DNA of 64,000 bases from an uncultured Mycoplasma sp. (GTDB lineage: Bacteria > Bacillota_I > Bacilli_A > Mycoplasmatales > Metamycoplasmataceae). The translations under genes and the position numbers were made by a program. Location of the stretch: contig CAMQYZ010000003.1 in assembly GCA_947039505.1 (NCBI GenBank), positions 47,323-111,322 of the forward strand, read 5' to 3'. Of this stretch, positions 50,020 to 60,996 are shown piece by piece (within the stretch, counting starts at the first letter, position 1; the number at the start of each line of letters is the position of its first letter). The notes below the pieces were generated by a model. That model made no database searches. It had not been told where the DNA came from and worked only from the letters and a program-made list of their open reading frames with translations.

Positions 50020-50931
50020 ATGAGTATCAAAAGACACAATCATTTTTATCCACATTTCTTGATTAAAAATTGAATCAAAGATCCTTGATCAAAGAAAAAA
50101 AATAAACGGGTTAAATATAACAAAAGAAAAGATATGGGAGAAACAAATTATTATCCTGATGAACTAGAAAATGATTTGGCAAAAGTTGAAGGTGAGATTA
50201 GCCAAATCATCAAATCAATTATTGCTGAAGAAGATTCCTTTAAAATCTCTATCGAAGAATGAGAAAAAATAATTTTATATGTCAGAATACAATCAATTAG
50301 ATTAACTAATGTTTCTCATTTTATAACATCTCCAGATTCATATTTTCCTGGCAATAATAATTTCTTATCAGGGATATATACCACAAATAATGATGAAGGT
50401 GTTTTGAGTGCCACGAAGTATTTTGTCAACAAATATCTGACTTATACAAAATCAAAAAATTTTATTCAACAATATCTTTCTGATGATGAATTAGGAATTA
50501 TTGTTTGAAGCTCTAAGGATAGTGTTTTTGTCGCTACTGATAAAGCTGTTTTTAAAGAAGTGGATATGGATGGTTTATTTTTATTTTTGTTAATGCCGAT
50601 TTCTCCAAAGAAAGCTATATTAATCACTAAAAATAAATACTATGCATCTTTATATAAATTGCAAAATACTCTAAATATTCACAATGACCCACGCTTGTCT
50701 ATGTCTTGTGATGATGATTTTTTAATTAATCATATCAACAATAATGTTATTAAAAATTTAAACTCCAAAATGTTAGTTCCTTTTTATGAAGTTAAAAAAG
50801 AAGATGTTGAGCAAATTATTTGTGCCATGTCAAAAGATGCAGAACAACTTGTTTTTTCTGATGAAGATGATGCAGCAATAATGCAAAATATAAAGTATGA
50901 CAATCCACGAAGAAAAATATCAGAAAGTTAA
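50020..50931 (+). CDS. DUF4238-like protein, paralog 1
   Basis: N-terminal KRHNHFYPHFLIKNW resembles the DUF4238 HxxPxFxLxxF start. 304 codons with several TGA codons. It is paralogous to 53987-54880. Confidence 0.55.
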
Positions 50932-51004
50932 CCATCATCTTCAATTATTTATATTTTAATTAGAAATAATTAGTGAAATAGCAGTCTTTTCTTTTGATAA
51001 TTTT

Positions 51005-51736
51005 TTATTTCAAATTTACTTTACTGTCTAAAAGTTTTATTTTTTTAATTTTTGAAGGTATTGAGAAAATATTTTTAATTTTTTCTGCATATGACATAAG
51101 AGGTAAAATGGCAGTCATTGATGAAACTATTTCTTCTTTGATTCTACTTATCTCTTCTATTGATAACTCTTTTTTAAATTCATTAAACTCATCTTTAAGT
51201 TTAGTATGAGCTACTGATAGTAAATTAAATTTTTCTTCATTATTATTTTGATAATGAAGCATTTGTTGTTTTATTTCTTTAAAAAGTGTTGTGATGTTGT
51301 CTGAATCACTTAAATTTAATTCCATAATCTCATCATTAACTTCAAATGAAATTATATAAATTTCCCTTAGTTCAACTTCATTGTAAGTTTTCAATAAAAA
51401 TCTTAATTGTTCAATAAAATCTTGAATATCTATATTATAAAAATTATTATCATCGTTTTTAGTATATTGTTCGTATTCTTTTTTTAAATTAAAGCAAATA
51501 ATAGAGATTTCAAAAAAATCAAATTTATTATTTTTTTTTAATTCATCAAGATTATTTATTGAAAAATTTTTAATAAATCTCATCACTATATTTTCAGAAA
51601 AGTCTTCTTTAGCTCCAATAATATTTGGATTTTTAGAAGAAGAAATTTTATCAAGATTAGATAATTCAATATTACAAAATTCTATTATTTTTTTTGTTAT
51701 TTCATCACTTAAATTTGTATCAACTTTACTCATCAT
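51005..51736 (-). CDS. Hypothetical protein (243 aa), acidic and helical
   Basis: Intact ORF without TGA. No motif was recognised. It lies downstream of the nucleotidyltransferase gene on the same strand. Confidence 0.5.
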   Translation of the reverse strand: MMSKVDTNLSDEITKKIIEFCNIELSNLDKISSSKNPNIIGAKEDFSENIVMRFIKNFSINNLDELKKNNKFDFFEISIICFNLKKEYEQYTKNDDNNFYNIDIQDFIEQLRFLLKTYNEVELREIYIISFEVNDEIMELNLSDSDNITTLFKEIKQQMLHYQNNNEEKFNLLSVAHTKLKDEFNEFKKELSIEEISRIKEEIVSSMTAILPLMSYAEKIKNIFSIPSKIKKIKLLDSKVNLK

Positions 51737-51999
51737 TCACCTTTTTAAATATTTATTTTAAAATTATACCAATTATTCTTTAGTAGCATAAATAGAAAGT
51801 TCATTATAGGGTTTTTTTAAATGAATCATTAACAATGAACAAACGTTATTAGAATAATCATTACCAATGTTCCTGTATTAGTTTTAGTAGGTTGTTTATT
51901 TTTATATTTAAGAAGTCACTTTGTCATTTCGCATAAATATTTTATCAAGATATAATTATTTACATATTTTCAATAAATATATCTTAATCATAGAAATAC

Positions 52000-53208
52000 T
52001 TAATGATATTTTTTATCAAAAAAAACTTTTTGCATATCTTTCAAATCACTTAAAACTAATTTTCAAGTTTTTTTCTTATATGGATGTTCACTTAAAAAAA
52101 CATTTTTGTAATCTTTTCAATACAGTATTAATTCTTTTTTGTCAAATACACTAAAGTCTAGTTGATCAAATGGATCAAGTAAATTCGAAATTTCATATTT
52201 TGGTTTTATTGATTTAGTATCTTTAATATATTGTTGTCAATCTATACCAATTACTAGATCTAGTATATTTTTATTTTCAGTATAAATACTAATCAAATCA
52301 ATGAAATGTCTTAATTCATATGCTTCTTTAATTTTAAGAGTCTTGTTTCCATATTTTCGAAGTATATTTAATTTTTCAACAAAATTTATTTCTATTTTTT
52401 TCATTTGAAAAACTAAAGTATCTTCTTCAAAATATTTCATCTTTTTCTCTTCAAAATAATTTTTATCATTAAAAGTTGCAACTATATCAATCTCAATTGA
52501 TCTTTGATTGATAAATTCTTTATTATCTCTAATATCTTCATTTACCAAAGGAAACCTTGAATCATATAAATATTCAATAGTTTGAACAAATCCAGATTCA
52601 GAACCTTTTTTGATAAATATATTTTCGTTTTTTATCATATTTGATATTTTGAGATTTCTCTCTTTCAATTTCTTGTTCTTACCCAAATTTTGCTCAAAAG
52701 GTAGAATAACATCTATATCTTTTGACATTCTAGATAATTTGGCAGAAAAATTATTTATTATAGAGCCACCAAACAAACAAAAGTTATCAGGGGCATATTT
52801 TTGCATAATTTTAATACTTTCATATATTCTTTCTTCTTGCAAAACTTTGTCTTTAATTGATTTTCACAATCAAATTATTTCTTCTTTAAATTCTTGATTA
52901 TTATTTGACTTATCAAATTCTTCTTTTGCCATTTCAAAAATTGATATTAAAACTTTTTTATTTTTTGAAAAAATCTTATCATATTGATCTGAGAATGATT
53001 TCATATAATAAATTTCTTTGGTATTTTTGTCAAAATTCTTAGCGTTAGTTAAGTAATCAAAACTCTTTTTTATTTTTTCTAAAAAACTCGGAATTACATA
53101 TTCTTTGATAAATTTTTTATCATCCAAAATATAAAGTTCACTTTTAGGTATTTGATTGTTGCCATCTAAATAACTTTGGATTATTAATTTTTTTTGATTC
53201 TTTGTCAT
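52000..53208 (-). CDS. Nucleotidyltransferase (AbiEii/DUF1814-like) with about 120-aa N-terminal extension
   Basis: ORFs 52870-53208 and 52237-52842 are in the same frame, separated only by two TGA codons. The tail was hand-translated to TAA at 52000. The Pol-beta NTase motif is FGGSIINNFSAKLSRMSKDIDV. Confidence 0.6.
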
Positions 53209-53261
53209 AAAGCAATCATATCACAAAATATAGTTAATTTGAAATATTTTAAAATATTATA

Positions 53262-53385
53262 GTGTTATTAATAATTATATAAATATAATTATTAATAACA
53301 CTTAATTAAACCTTAATATATATAAATATATATTAAGGTTTAATTAAAATATTATTTAATACCTTTATGGTATTAAATAATATTT
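53262..53385. repeat. Three abutting perfect palindromes (19-, 22- and 17-bp arms)
   Basis: I verified each base by base. 53262-53301 has arms GTGTTATTAATAATTATAT. 53302-53347 has arms TTAATTAAACCTTAATATATAT. 53347-53385 has arms AAATATTATTTAATACC with loop TTTAT. Confidence 0.95.
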
Positions 53386-53986
53386 AATAATATTTATTAT
53401 AACATATTTTTTTTATTTTAAACAAAAAAAATAAAAAACACTTACAAAATCTCTTTTAGTGGTATAAAAATTCTGTATTTACAAACACAAAATATATGTG
53501 TTATTGATGATTTAGAAATCTTTTATTGAAAATAAAAGATAGCTTCTTGATAAAATATTTATAATGAATTAATACATTGAATTATGAATGAACGAAAATT
53601 CTATGAAATCAAGAACAAGGTATATTCAGAAGAGAAAATTTTGTTTTTGTCTAGTTTTTTGTTAAAAAGAAAACTAAGTACTAAAATTGTTTTTAAATGA
53701 ATTTAATTGAATTTTTGTTGTTTTTTCATGAATAAAAAAGCATTAAAAAATGTATTTTTTAAATATTAAAAAGATGTAAAAAAAGAAATAAATAGAGCAT
53801 TAAAATAATTGAAAATTTTAATTAAAATCACTTCTTAGAACAAAAAAAGAAATTATGAATCTAATATAGATAAATAAATATGTTCAAATTCCACTAAATA
53901 TATAGAGAGTAAATTAATTCATATTTGCACTTTAAAAACAAAGTTATCTTTTTTTACTAAACCTTATATAAGTGTATAATTTTTAT

Positions 53987-54880
53987 ATGACAGAAAAAAG
54001 ACATGATCATGTATTTCCGCATTTTTTAATTAAAAACTGACATGAAAAACCGTGATCTAAAAATGAAAATAAAAGAGTTAAGTATAAAAAAGAACAATTC
54101 ATGGAAGCAGAAAATTACTATCCAATTGAACTAGAAAATGATTTAGCAAAAGTTGAACATGATATTAGCAAAATCATCAAAATGATTTTAACACAAGAGG
54201 AATTCGAATACTCAATGGAGCAATGAGTAAAAATTATTTTATATATCAAAATAAAAGTCATTAGATTAAAAAATGTTGCTCACTACATCAGTGCTCCTGA
54301 AAAAATTTTTCCAAGAAATCATGAATTTTCATTCGGAATATATACCACCAATATCAAGGAAGAAGTCCTAAGAGAAACTAAATATTTAGTTAATAAATAT
54401 TTAAACTTTCAAAATGAAAGAAGTAAAAATAAAATATTTTCATTAATTTCTGATTTAGGAATTGTTATTTGAAGTTCTGATGATAATGTTTTTGTAGCTA
54501 CAGACAAAGTTATTTTTAAAGAAATTGATATTGATGGTAAATTCTTATTTTTATTAATGTCAATATCTCCAAAAAAAGCTATTTTAGTCACTAAAAACAA
54601 TTATTATTCATCTTCAGAACATCTATATGATTTATATGGCGACAATAATGTTTCCTTGTCTTGTTTTGATAATCTTTTAATTAACAATATTGAAAAAAAT
54701 ATTACCAAAGACCAAAACATCAAGATACCTGCTCAAATATATCAAGTAAATGAGTGAGATGTTAACAAGATAGTTTGCACTATGAGTAAAGATGCAGAAC
54801 AACTTATTTTTTCTGAAAAATCAATTGAAGAAATAATAGAACAGATTAGTTATGATGACCCATTAAGAAAGATTATTTAA
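53987..54880 (+). CDS. DUF4238-like protein, paralog 2
   Basis: MTEKRHDHVFPHFLIKNW... is collinear with paralog 1, including ISPKKAIL(I/V)TKN and MSKDAEQL(V/I)FS. 298 codons. TATAAT lies 9 nt upstream of the ATG. Confidence 0.55.
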
Positions 54881-54907
54881 TTTTATAAACCATTGTATAA
54901 CAATATT

Positions 54908-56215
54908 TTATTTGTAATTTTTAGAAATTATTTTTTGTATTTCTAAAGATGTTTTTGAGGATGAAATATTTTCTAAAATTACTATTTTTTTTGTAAATTT
55001 TAAAGCAAAATTTTCAAATTCTTTACTATGATACTTATTGTTGATATTTTTAAAAAATTCATGATTTTTTGTTTCATATTTTCTATATTCTTCAATTCCT
55101 GATCTTTCATTTCTTCTTTCCTCAATTATTGCATCATTACAAATTATTAAAAATAAAATATCAAGTTTTTGTATTGACTTTAAATAAGATAAGTATTTTT
55201 TTTCTATTACTTTTCATTTAATAACTTGATCTTGTGTGAAATTATTTAATTTTATATGAATTTCAGGAAAGATAAAATCATCTATTAAATGTCTATCAAT
55301 TATAATATTTTTAAAATTTGCAAATTTTTCAAGATCTTTTTTTCTTTGAGAAAACATTTGTTTTTGAAATTCAAAAGCATGTGTTTTCATATCTTTCATA
55401 TATTCATCAAATAATTCATTTATAGTTTCATCTCTTTCATATAAAAATGTAAAATTTTTTAAAGAATTTTCAAGTTCTTTAATGATTGTTGTTTTACCAA
55501 CGGCACCTGGACCAATTATTGCTATTTTCATGTGTTTCTTTCTTACTTTTAAGTTATAACCTGATATTATCAAAAACAAAATGTTCATAATAACTATAGA
55601 AATATTTATAACTCCAACTCCTGAAAAAAAGATAATTCCAAGAATGTTTTTGGTTATTCAAATATACCATGTTTTTTGATAATTTAAAACCATTGTTACA
55701 AATGCCACACTAGATATTGCATTTATCAAAGTATCAATAACTCGACCAGATCAATAATAAGTGAAATTTTCTCCGTATTCTGTTCCAGGAATGTTTGCTA
55801 AATTTGCTCAAAATACATTTATTATTGGAGTTAAAAAATAAAAAAATACAAATGAAAAAGTAAATATTAACATTAATATCAATAATGAATTTAATGATAA
55901 TCTTTTTTCTTGGATTTTTTGATTATTCTTAGTTTTTAATAACATAGTTATAAATATTGGGATATAAAAAAGAATGTTAATTAAAAAATCACCTGTTAAA
56001 TTAATTGATAAACTAAACAAACCAAATAAAATAGCATTGCAAATACCTCATACATAACCGTTTCTTTTATTTTTATTTATTTGCAATATAGCCATAACAC
56101 CTGTAAATGAAGCAAATCCAGATGTTGTTCCTAAAATTTTTTGGTAAAGTTCTCCAGATTCTCATATTCAACTATTAGAAGAAACTGAATACAATGAAAA
56201 AAAGATACTTACCAT
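54908..56215 (-). CDS. Fusion protein: PnuC-like nucleoside transporter + deoxynucleoside kinase-like P-loop kinase
   Basis: I checked codon by codon across 55589-55810 and found one open frame. The membrane half has GYVWGICNAILFG and QKTWYIWITKNILGIIFF. The kinase half has IIGPGAVGKTT, FEFQKQMFSQR, IIDRHLIDDFIF and ERRNERSGIEE. The first ATG is at 56215, but the frame is open to 56341 and the first helix looks truncated, so a non-ATG start upstream is possible. Confidence 0.6.
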
Positions 56216-56304
56216 TAGAAAAATAAGAATCAAAAAATACGAAATATATTTGCTATATTTCGTATTTTCTTGAATTTTTTTTAATATTCTATCAAAAATA
56301 AGTT

Positions 56305-56724
56305 TTACTTTGTTTCCAATTCTTCTTCTGTAAAGTAAATATTAAGTTCATATAGAGCTCTTTCTACTGAATCACTAGTATGAACAATATTATTTAGAAT
56401 ATCATTGGAATAATCTCCACGAATAGTACCAGGATTAGCTTTTCTAGGATCTGTAGCACCCGCTAATCCTCTAATGATAGCAACTGCATCATTTCCCTCC
56501 AAAGCCATTGCAACCACAGGTCCTGATTTAAGATTATCAATCAAAGAACCATAAAACGGTTTTCCTTCATGGATATCATAATGATGTCTTGACTGTTTAT
56601 AGTTAACATGAAGAAATTTAATGGCAATAATATTAATGCCTTTTTCTTCTATCCTAGTAATCACTTTACCAATTAAATGCCTTTTAACAGCATTTGGTTT
56701 AATCATCAAAAATGTTTTTTCCAT
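56305..56724 (-). CDS. ndk: Nucleoside diphosphate kinase
   Basis: EKTFLMIKPNAVKRHLIGKVITRIEEKG, GKPFYGSL, SGPVVAMALEG, GATDPRKANPGTIRGDY and the catalytic His in NIVHTSDS. Intact 139 aa. Confidence 0.9.
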   Translation of the reverse strand: MEKTFLMIKPNAVKRHLIGKVITRIEEKGINIIAIKFLHVNYKQSRHHYDIHEGKPFYGSLIDNLKSGPVVAMALEGNDAVAIIRGLAGATDPRKANPGTIRGDYSNDILNNIVHTSDSVERALYELNIYFTEEELETK

Positions 56725-56885
56725 ATTTCTTAATACTCCTAATTTAATTAATTATATCATTAACAACAAAATAGCTATATTCTTGTTAATTATTTTTTTA
56801 AACAAAAAGAGCATATAGTTTATTAATATCAACTTTATCAAACCAATATTTAATTTAACATTTTGATAAATCAATATTTTTAAAT

Positions 56886-58946
56886 TTATTCACTATAAAC
56901 ATTTTTGTTAATTTTAGCTTCTGGTTTTTCCGGAAAGTTTAATTGCTTGGTAAAAATATCAATAAATTCTTTAATTAATTCATCTCTTTTAATTTTGATT
57001 GTTGATTCAATTGATTGTTGATCATATATGTCAAAATGAGCTTCACTATTCAACATTTCATATGCATGATATGAAATGTTGATTCTACCTAAAATAGTGT
57101 TGAAATAATATTTGTTAATTTTTTTATCAATTTTTAAAAAATGACTCAATTCATTACTTCCATTCATTACAATTGCTAAACATTCCATAATTTTTCTGAT
57201 TAAGGGTAATTTTATTTCATTGGGAATATTATCATCATAAATAAAATTTAGCAAAGTGATGATATTTTTATAATTGAAATCTTTGACTTTTAAATAATCT
57301 ATTTGTTTCATAATCACTCGTTTTTTTTCATTACTTTGAAACATGTGATAATGAAAAATATCATTGCTTTTGCGTTTGTTTTTGAACATCATTATGTTAT
57401 TTTTTTTACTTTCTTTAGACAAGAAATAATTAAAAACAGCATCTCAGTGTGTTAAAAATATAACTTTAAAATTAGGATTGTTCTTTCTATATTCATTAAT
57501 AAAATCACTAATTTCCTTATAAATTAAATCAATAAATTGATAATCCATTGATGAAGTTATATCATCCAATATTAATAAATCAATTGATTTTTTGGTTCTT
57601 AATATTTCAATTAAATAATATTTGAAAATTATTAATTTAAATTCAGCTGTTGAAGTTCTTATTTTTTTATCATTAAATGATGTGACATATAAATCATCAT
57701 TAATTACTATCTTATTTTTTAAAAATGTATTATCTAGCATTTTATTAATTTTTTCTTTTGTTTCTTGCTTATACATATTCGAAATTTTTCTATATTCCAA
57801 ACACTTAGTTTTAATTGATGCAATTTTATCTTCAAAATTTTCATCAAAATGTTCTAAAAATTCATACATCTTTTGATTTCCATCCATGACTTGCTCATGA
57901 TTGTAAAACATATATAATTCCCTTTGCGCTTCAAAGTAAATATGGAGATGCGTTATGCCAGTTGATAACCCAACACTTTCGAATTCATTATGTGTATAAT
58001 TTTTGCTAAAAGTAAAAAATTTTTCTAATAATAAATATAAATTCGAAGAGTTCATTTTTAAATCTTTGATTTGTTTTGCTACATCATTAATATCCCCTTC
58101 TTTTATTTGATCAATTAAAGAATCATATTTATGCATTTTTGTTTTATTAAATAAAGCATCATTCTTCATCAAAAAAAGGAATTCTTGTTGTAAGCTGAAA
58201 TGTTTTTCCACTTTTTTCAAAGCAATCATATAATTTTTGGCTTGATAATTTTTAAAAAATAAGTCTAATTTTATGGCATTAAAGTAATATACGAAAATAA
58301 GCTTATACTCTCTTGATAAATCTTGTAAATTCGATTTATCACCACTTTTTTTAGCAAAAATTTCCAAAAAAATATTTGCAGCATCTTTGCTTTTAATTTC
58401 TATTGATTTCAAAGAATCATCATTATTATTTTTCATTGATTCTTGGTTGTAATCATTAATATATTTTTCAAAATTTTCAAATCTACTAATGATTTTTTCA
58501 CCAATAGTAGCCAACTGAATTTCTTTTGATAAATTTAATAAATCTTGTCCTTCTATATTTCTTAAAGAACTTTTGTATGAATAATTTTCATTAAAAAATT
58601 CAATATTTGGCTTTGGTAAATTATCATGATTTTGACTTCATTTTAAATGTCTATTTTCATCCATTACCAAAGAATTAGTTTCGATTTTGTTATCTTTGTT
58701 TAAATACTCAAAAATTATTTCTGATTTATTATTTTCATCATTACTTCAAAAAGTTAATAAATTCATATTTTTATTTGAATGTGATTTTAAGTTTGGCTTT
58801 AAGCCAATTGATTCTGTCAAGATAGATTTGCCAGTTCCGTTTCCGGCCAATATTAAGGTTAATTTATCAGAAAGAAAAAAATCAGTTTTAACATGTTGAC
58901 ATATATTCTTAATGATTATTTTCTTAAGTTCGATTTTGTTATTCAT
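56886..58946 (-). CDS. AAA_13-type (PrrC/RloC-like) ABC/SMC-fold ATPase with helical insert and C-terminal domain
   Basis: ORFs 58746-58946, 57444-58514 and 56886-57422 are all in one frame joined by TGA, giving 687 codons. Walker A is LAGNGTGKS, the signature-like segment is TSTAEFKL, Walker B is LLILDDITSSMD, followed by VIFLTH. The C-terminal ~180 aa include IRKIMECLAIV. Confidence 0.6.
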
Positions 58947-59350
58947 AAATATAAATTCCTTTTATTCAATAAAAATATTGAGTGATAAAATTATAACAAG
59001 TTATAAACCTTTAATTATTATTTCTCTTTTTAAACTATTGATTTTATATGGTGATAAATACATATCAGCATGGTTATTTCGAAACTTTTAATAGATGGAT
59101 TATCAAGGACAGCAACCTAAGGTTTTAATTCATAGATATATAATAATCACTTGAAATACAATATTATATAAAATATCTTTTAATTACCTAAGTAATTTGA
59201 CTATTAATAAAAATAAAACTTTAATAACTTCATTAATTAAAACAATTAAATTATGAAAAAAACAAGAGGAGTATCTTGGAAAATTATGCGATTTAATAAT
59301 AAATTTCATTATTATCAAAATCATGAAAAAATCTTAATTTCTCTATATAT

Positions 59351-59417
59351 CGTGATGATGATTTTTTAATTAATCATATCAACAATAATGTTATTAAATA
59401 TTTAAACTCCAAATGTT
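59351..59417 (+). pseudogene. About 67-nt relic of a DUF4238 gene
   Basis: cgtgatgatgattttttaattaatcatatcaacaataatgttattaaa...aaactcc is nearly identical to 50706-50770 of paralog 1. Confidence 0.8.
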
Positions 59418-59445
59418 GAACCCTTATCAAGGAATATATTTGATA

Positions 59446-60996
59446 CTATTTATTTAATATTTCATTTTTGTAATCTTCAACAACTTTTAATATTTGATTG
59501 TTTTTTGTCTTAATGTACAAGTATTCTTCAGCCCTTGTGAATGCAACATAATATTTTCATACATCGGATCTATTTAATTTATTTGAATAATTATTATCTT
59601 CATTATAAACAAATACACTTTTAGCCTCTAATCCTTTTGAGGCATGAATTGTCATTATTTTATTTTTTCCTTCACTTCTAATATATTTGTTTCTATATTC
59701 ATCATTTAATAGAAATGATGAAACACTTTCAAAAGTACTTTCTTTTATGTGGATATTTAAAATATTCATTACATTTCTCAAGTAACTTCCAGGTTCAATT
59801 TCTATATTTTGCAAAACTTCTTTTTCTTCTTTATTGAAATTTATTTTTTCAATTAAATTATCACTTATCAACATATCCATATATTGACTAAATGGATAAA
59901 TAAATTTTTTTATATCATTCTTAAAATTAAAATAAAAGTCTAGTATTTGATTTAATAGTTCTATTTTTTCATCTAACTCATTTAATGTCATTTCCTTAAT
60001 TATTATTAATTTATGATTTATTTTATTAACTATTTTTTTATAAACTTCTGTAATGCCAAATTGTTTATCGCACAAAATAAAATAGCTACCTTTAGAGTTT
60101 GCAATATTCAACAATTCAAACTCAATATCACCTATCAAATATACTCTTTTTTCTGGGTTCAAAACAAGTATGTTTGCATTCTCATTTTTTAAATCATTAG
60201 AACGAAGGAGTTTGTTTGCAACATATACAATGTTTTCGTTAGTTCTAATGTTTTGATCAATATAAAAAGTCTCATATTCTTTTATTATATCTTCTAATAA
60301 ATATTCATGAGCTCCTCTTCATTCATATAATCTTTGATTTCTATCTCCCACCATAAAAATATCAAGAGAGCATTCTTTAGAAATTATTTCAATAAATTGG
60401 TGTTGATGTTCATTTAAATCTTGAACTTCATCTATAAAAATAGAGTCATATTTAGATATAATGTATTTTTTAAGAACAATTAAATCTTTTATCATTTGTT
60501 TTGCAGCCAAGTATGAAGGAAAAGCGAAAACATAATTTCCTAAAATGAGTTCTTTAGTTCAATTTTCTCAACCAATTTTTTCATTAATTTTATCTTTTAT
60601 TCCATTTAACTTATATTGATTATTTTGCGGAAATACTTTAACTAAATTACCTAATTTCAAATTGTTTTTTTTATAGATAAATCACCTATTTTTAAACGAA
60701 TTTACAATATCATAAACAAAAGAATCTAATGTTCCAATAAATATATTTTCTATATTTATTCCTCTTTTTTCTATTTTTATTTTTAAATCATTAGCTGAAT
60801 TTTTTGTAAAAGAACAAATGATAGTTCCTTTAGCTAATTTATTATTTTTATATTCGGTTATTATTTTCAATCTCTCTATAAGAGTATGTGTTTTTCCACT
60901 CCCCGGACCGGCCAAAACTAGAATCTTTTTTTCTGTAGAGTAAATTGCTGGTTTTTGTTGTTCATTAAGTAATTTAAGTATTTCTATTTTATCCAT
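59446..60996 (-). CDS. gajB: Gabija GajB-like UvrD/Rep superfamily 1 helicase
   Basis: Motif I is AGPGSGKTHT, motif II IFIDEVQD, motif III VGDRNQRLYEW, motif V TIHASKGLEAKSVFV and motif VI VAFTRAEEYLYI. Three same-frame pieces plus a read-through tail end at TAG 59446. It overlaps gajA by 13 nt. Confidence 0.75.

Noticed and set aside
51780-51900. Minus-strand peptide-like stretch GNIGNDYSNNVCSLLMIHLKKPYNELSIYATKE, reminiscent of a methyltransferase C-terminus
   Set aside because: The resemblance is too short and weak, and there is no upstream continuation. Not reported as a pseudogene.
52237-53208. Two-gene AbiEi/AbiEii-style toxin-antitoxin reading of ORFs 52870-53208 and 52237-52842
   Set aside because: The two ORFs are in the same frame, separated by 9 codons containing only TGA (Trp) codons. 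Under table 4 they are one protein.
53584-53703. 39-codon ORF MNERKFYEIKNKVYSEEKILFLSSFLLKRKLSTKIVFKWI in the long spacer
   Set aside because: It has a plausible protein-like composition and may be a gene relic, but there is no recognisable family or start context.
56886-57422. 178-aa ORF as a separate small partner gene of the ATPase (Septu/PtuB-like idea)
   Set aside because: It is in the same frame as 57444-58514, joined by a TGA plus 7 sense codons. I saw no HNH or other nuclease motif.
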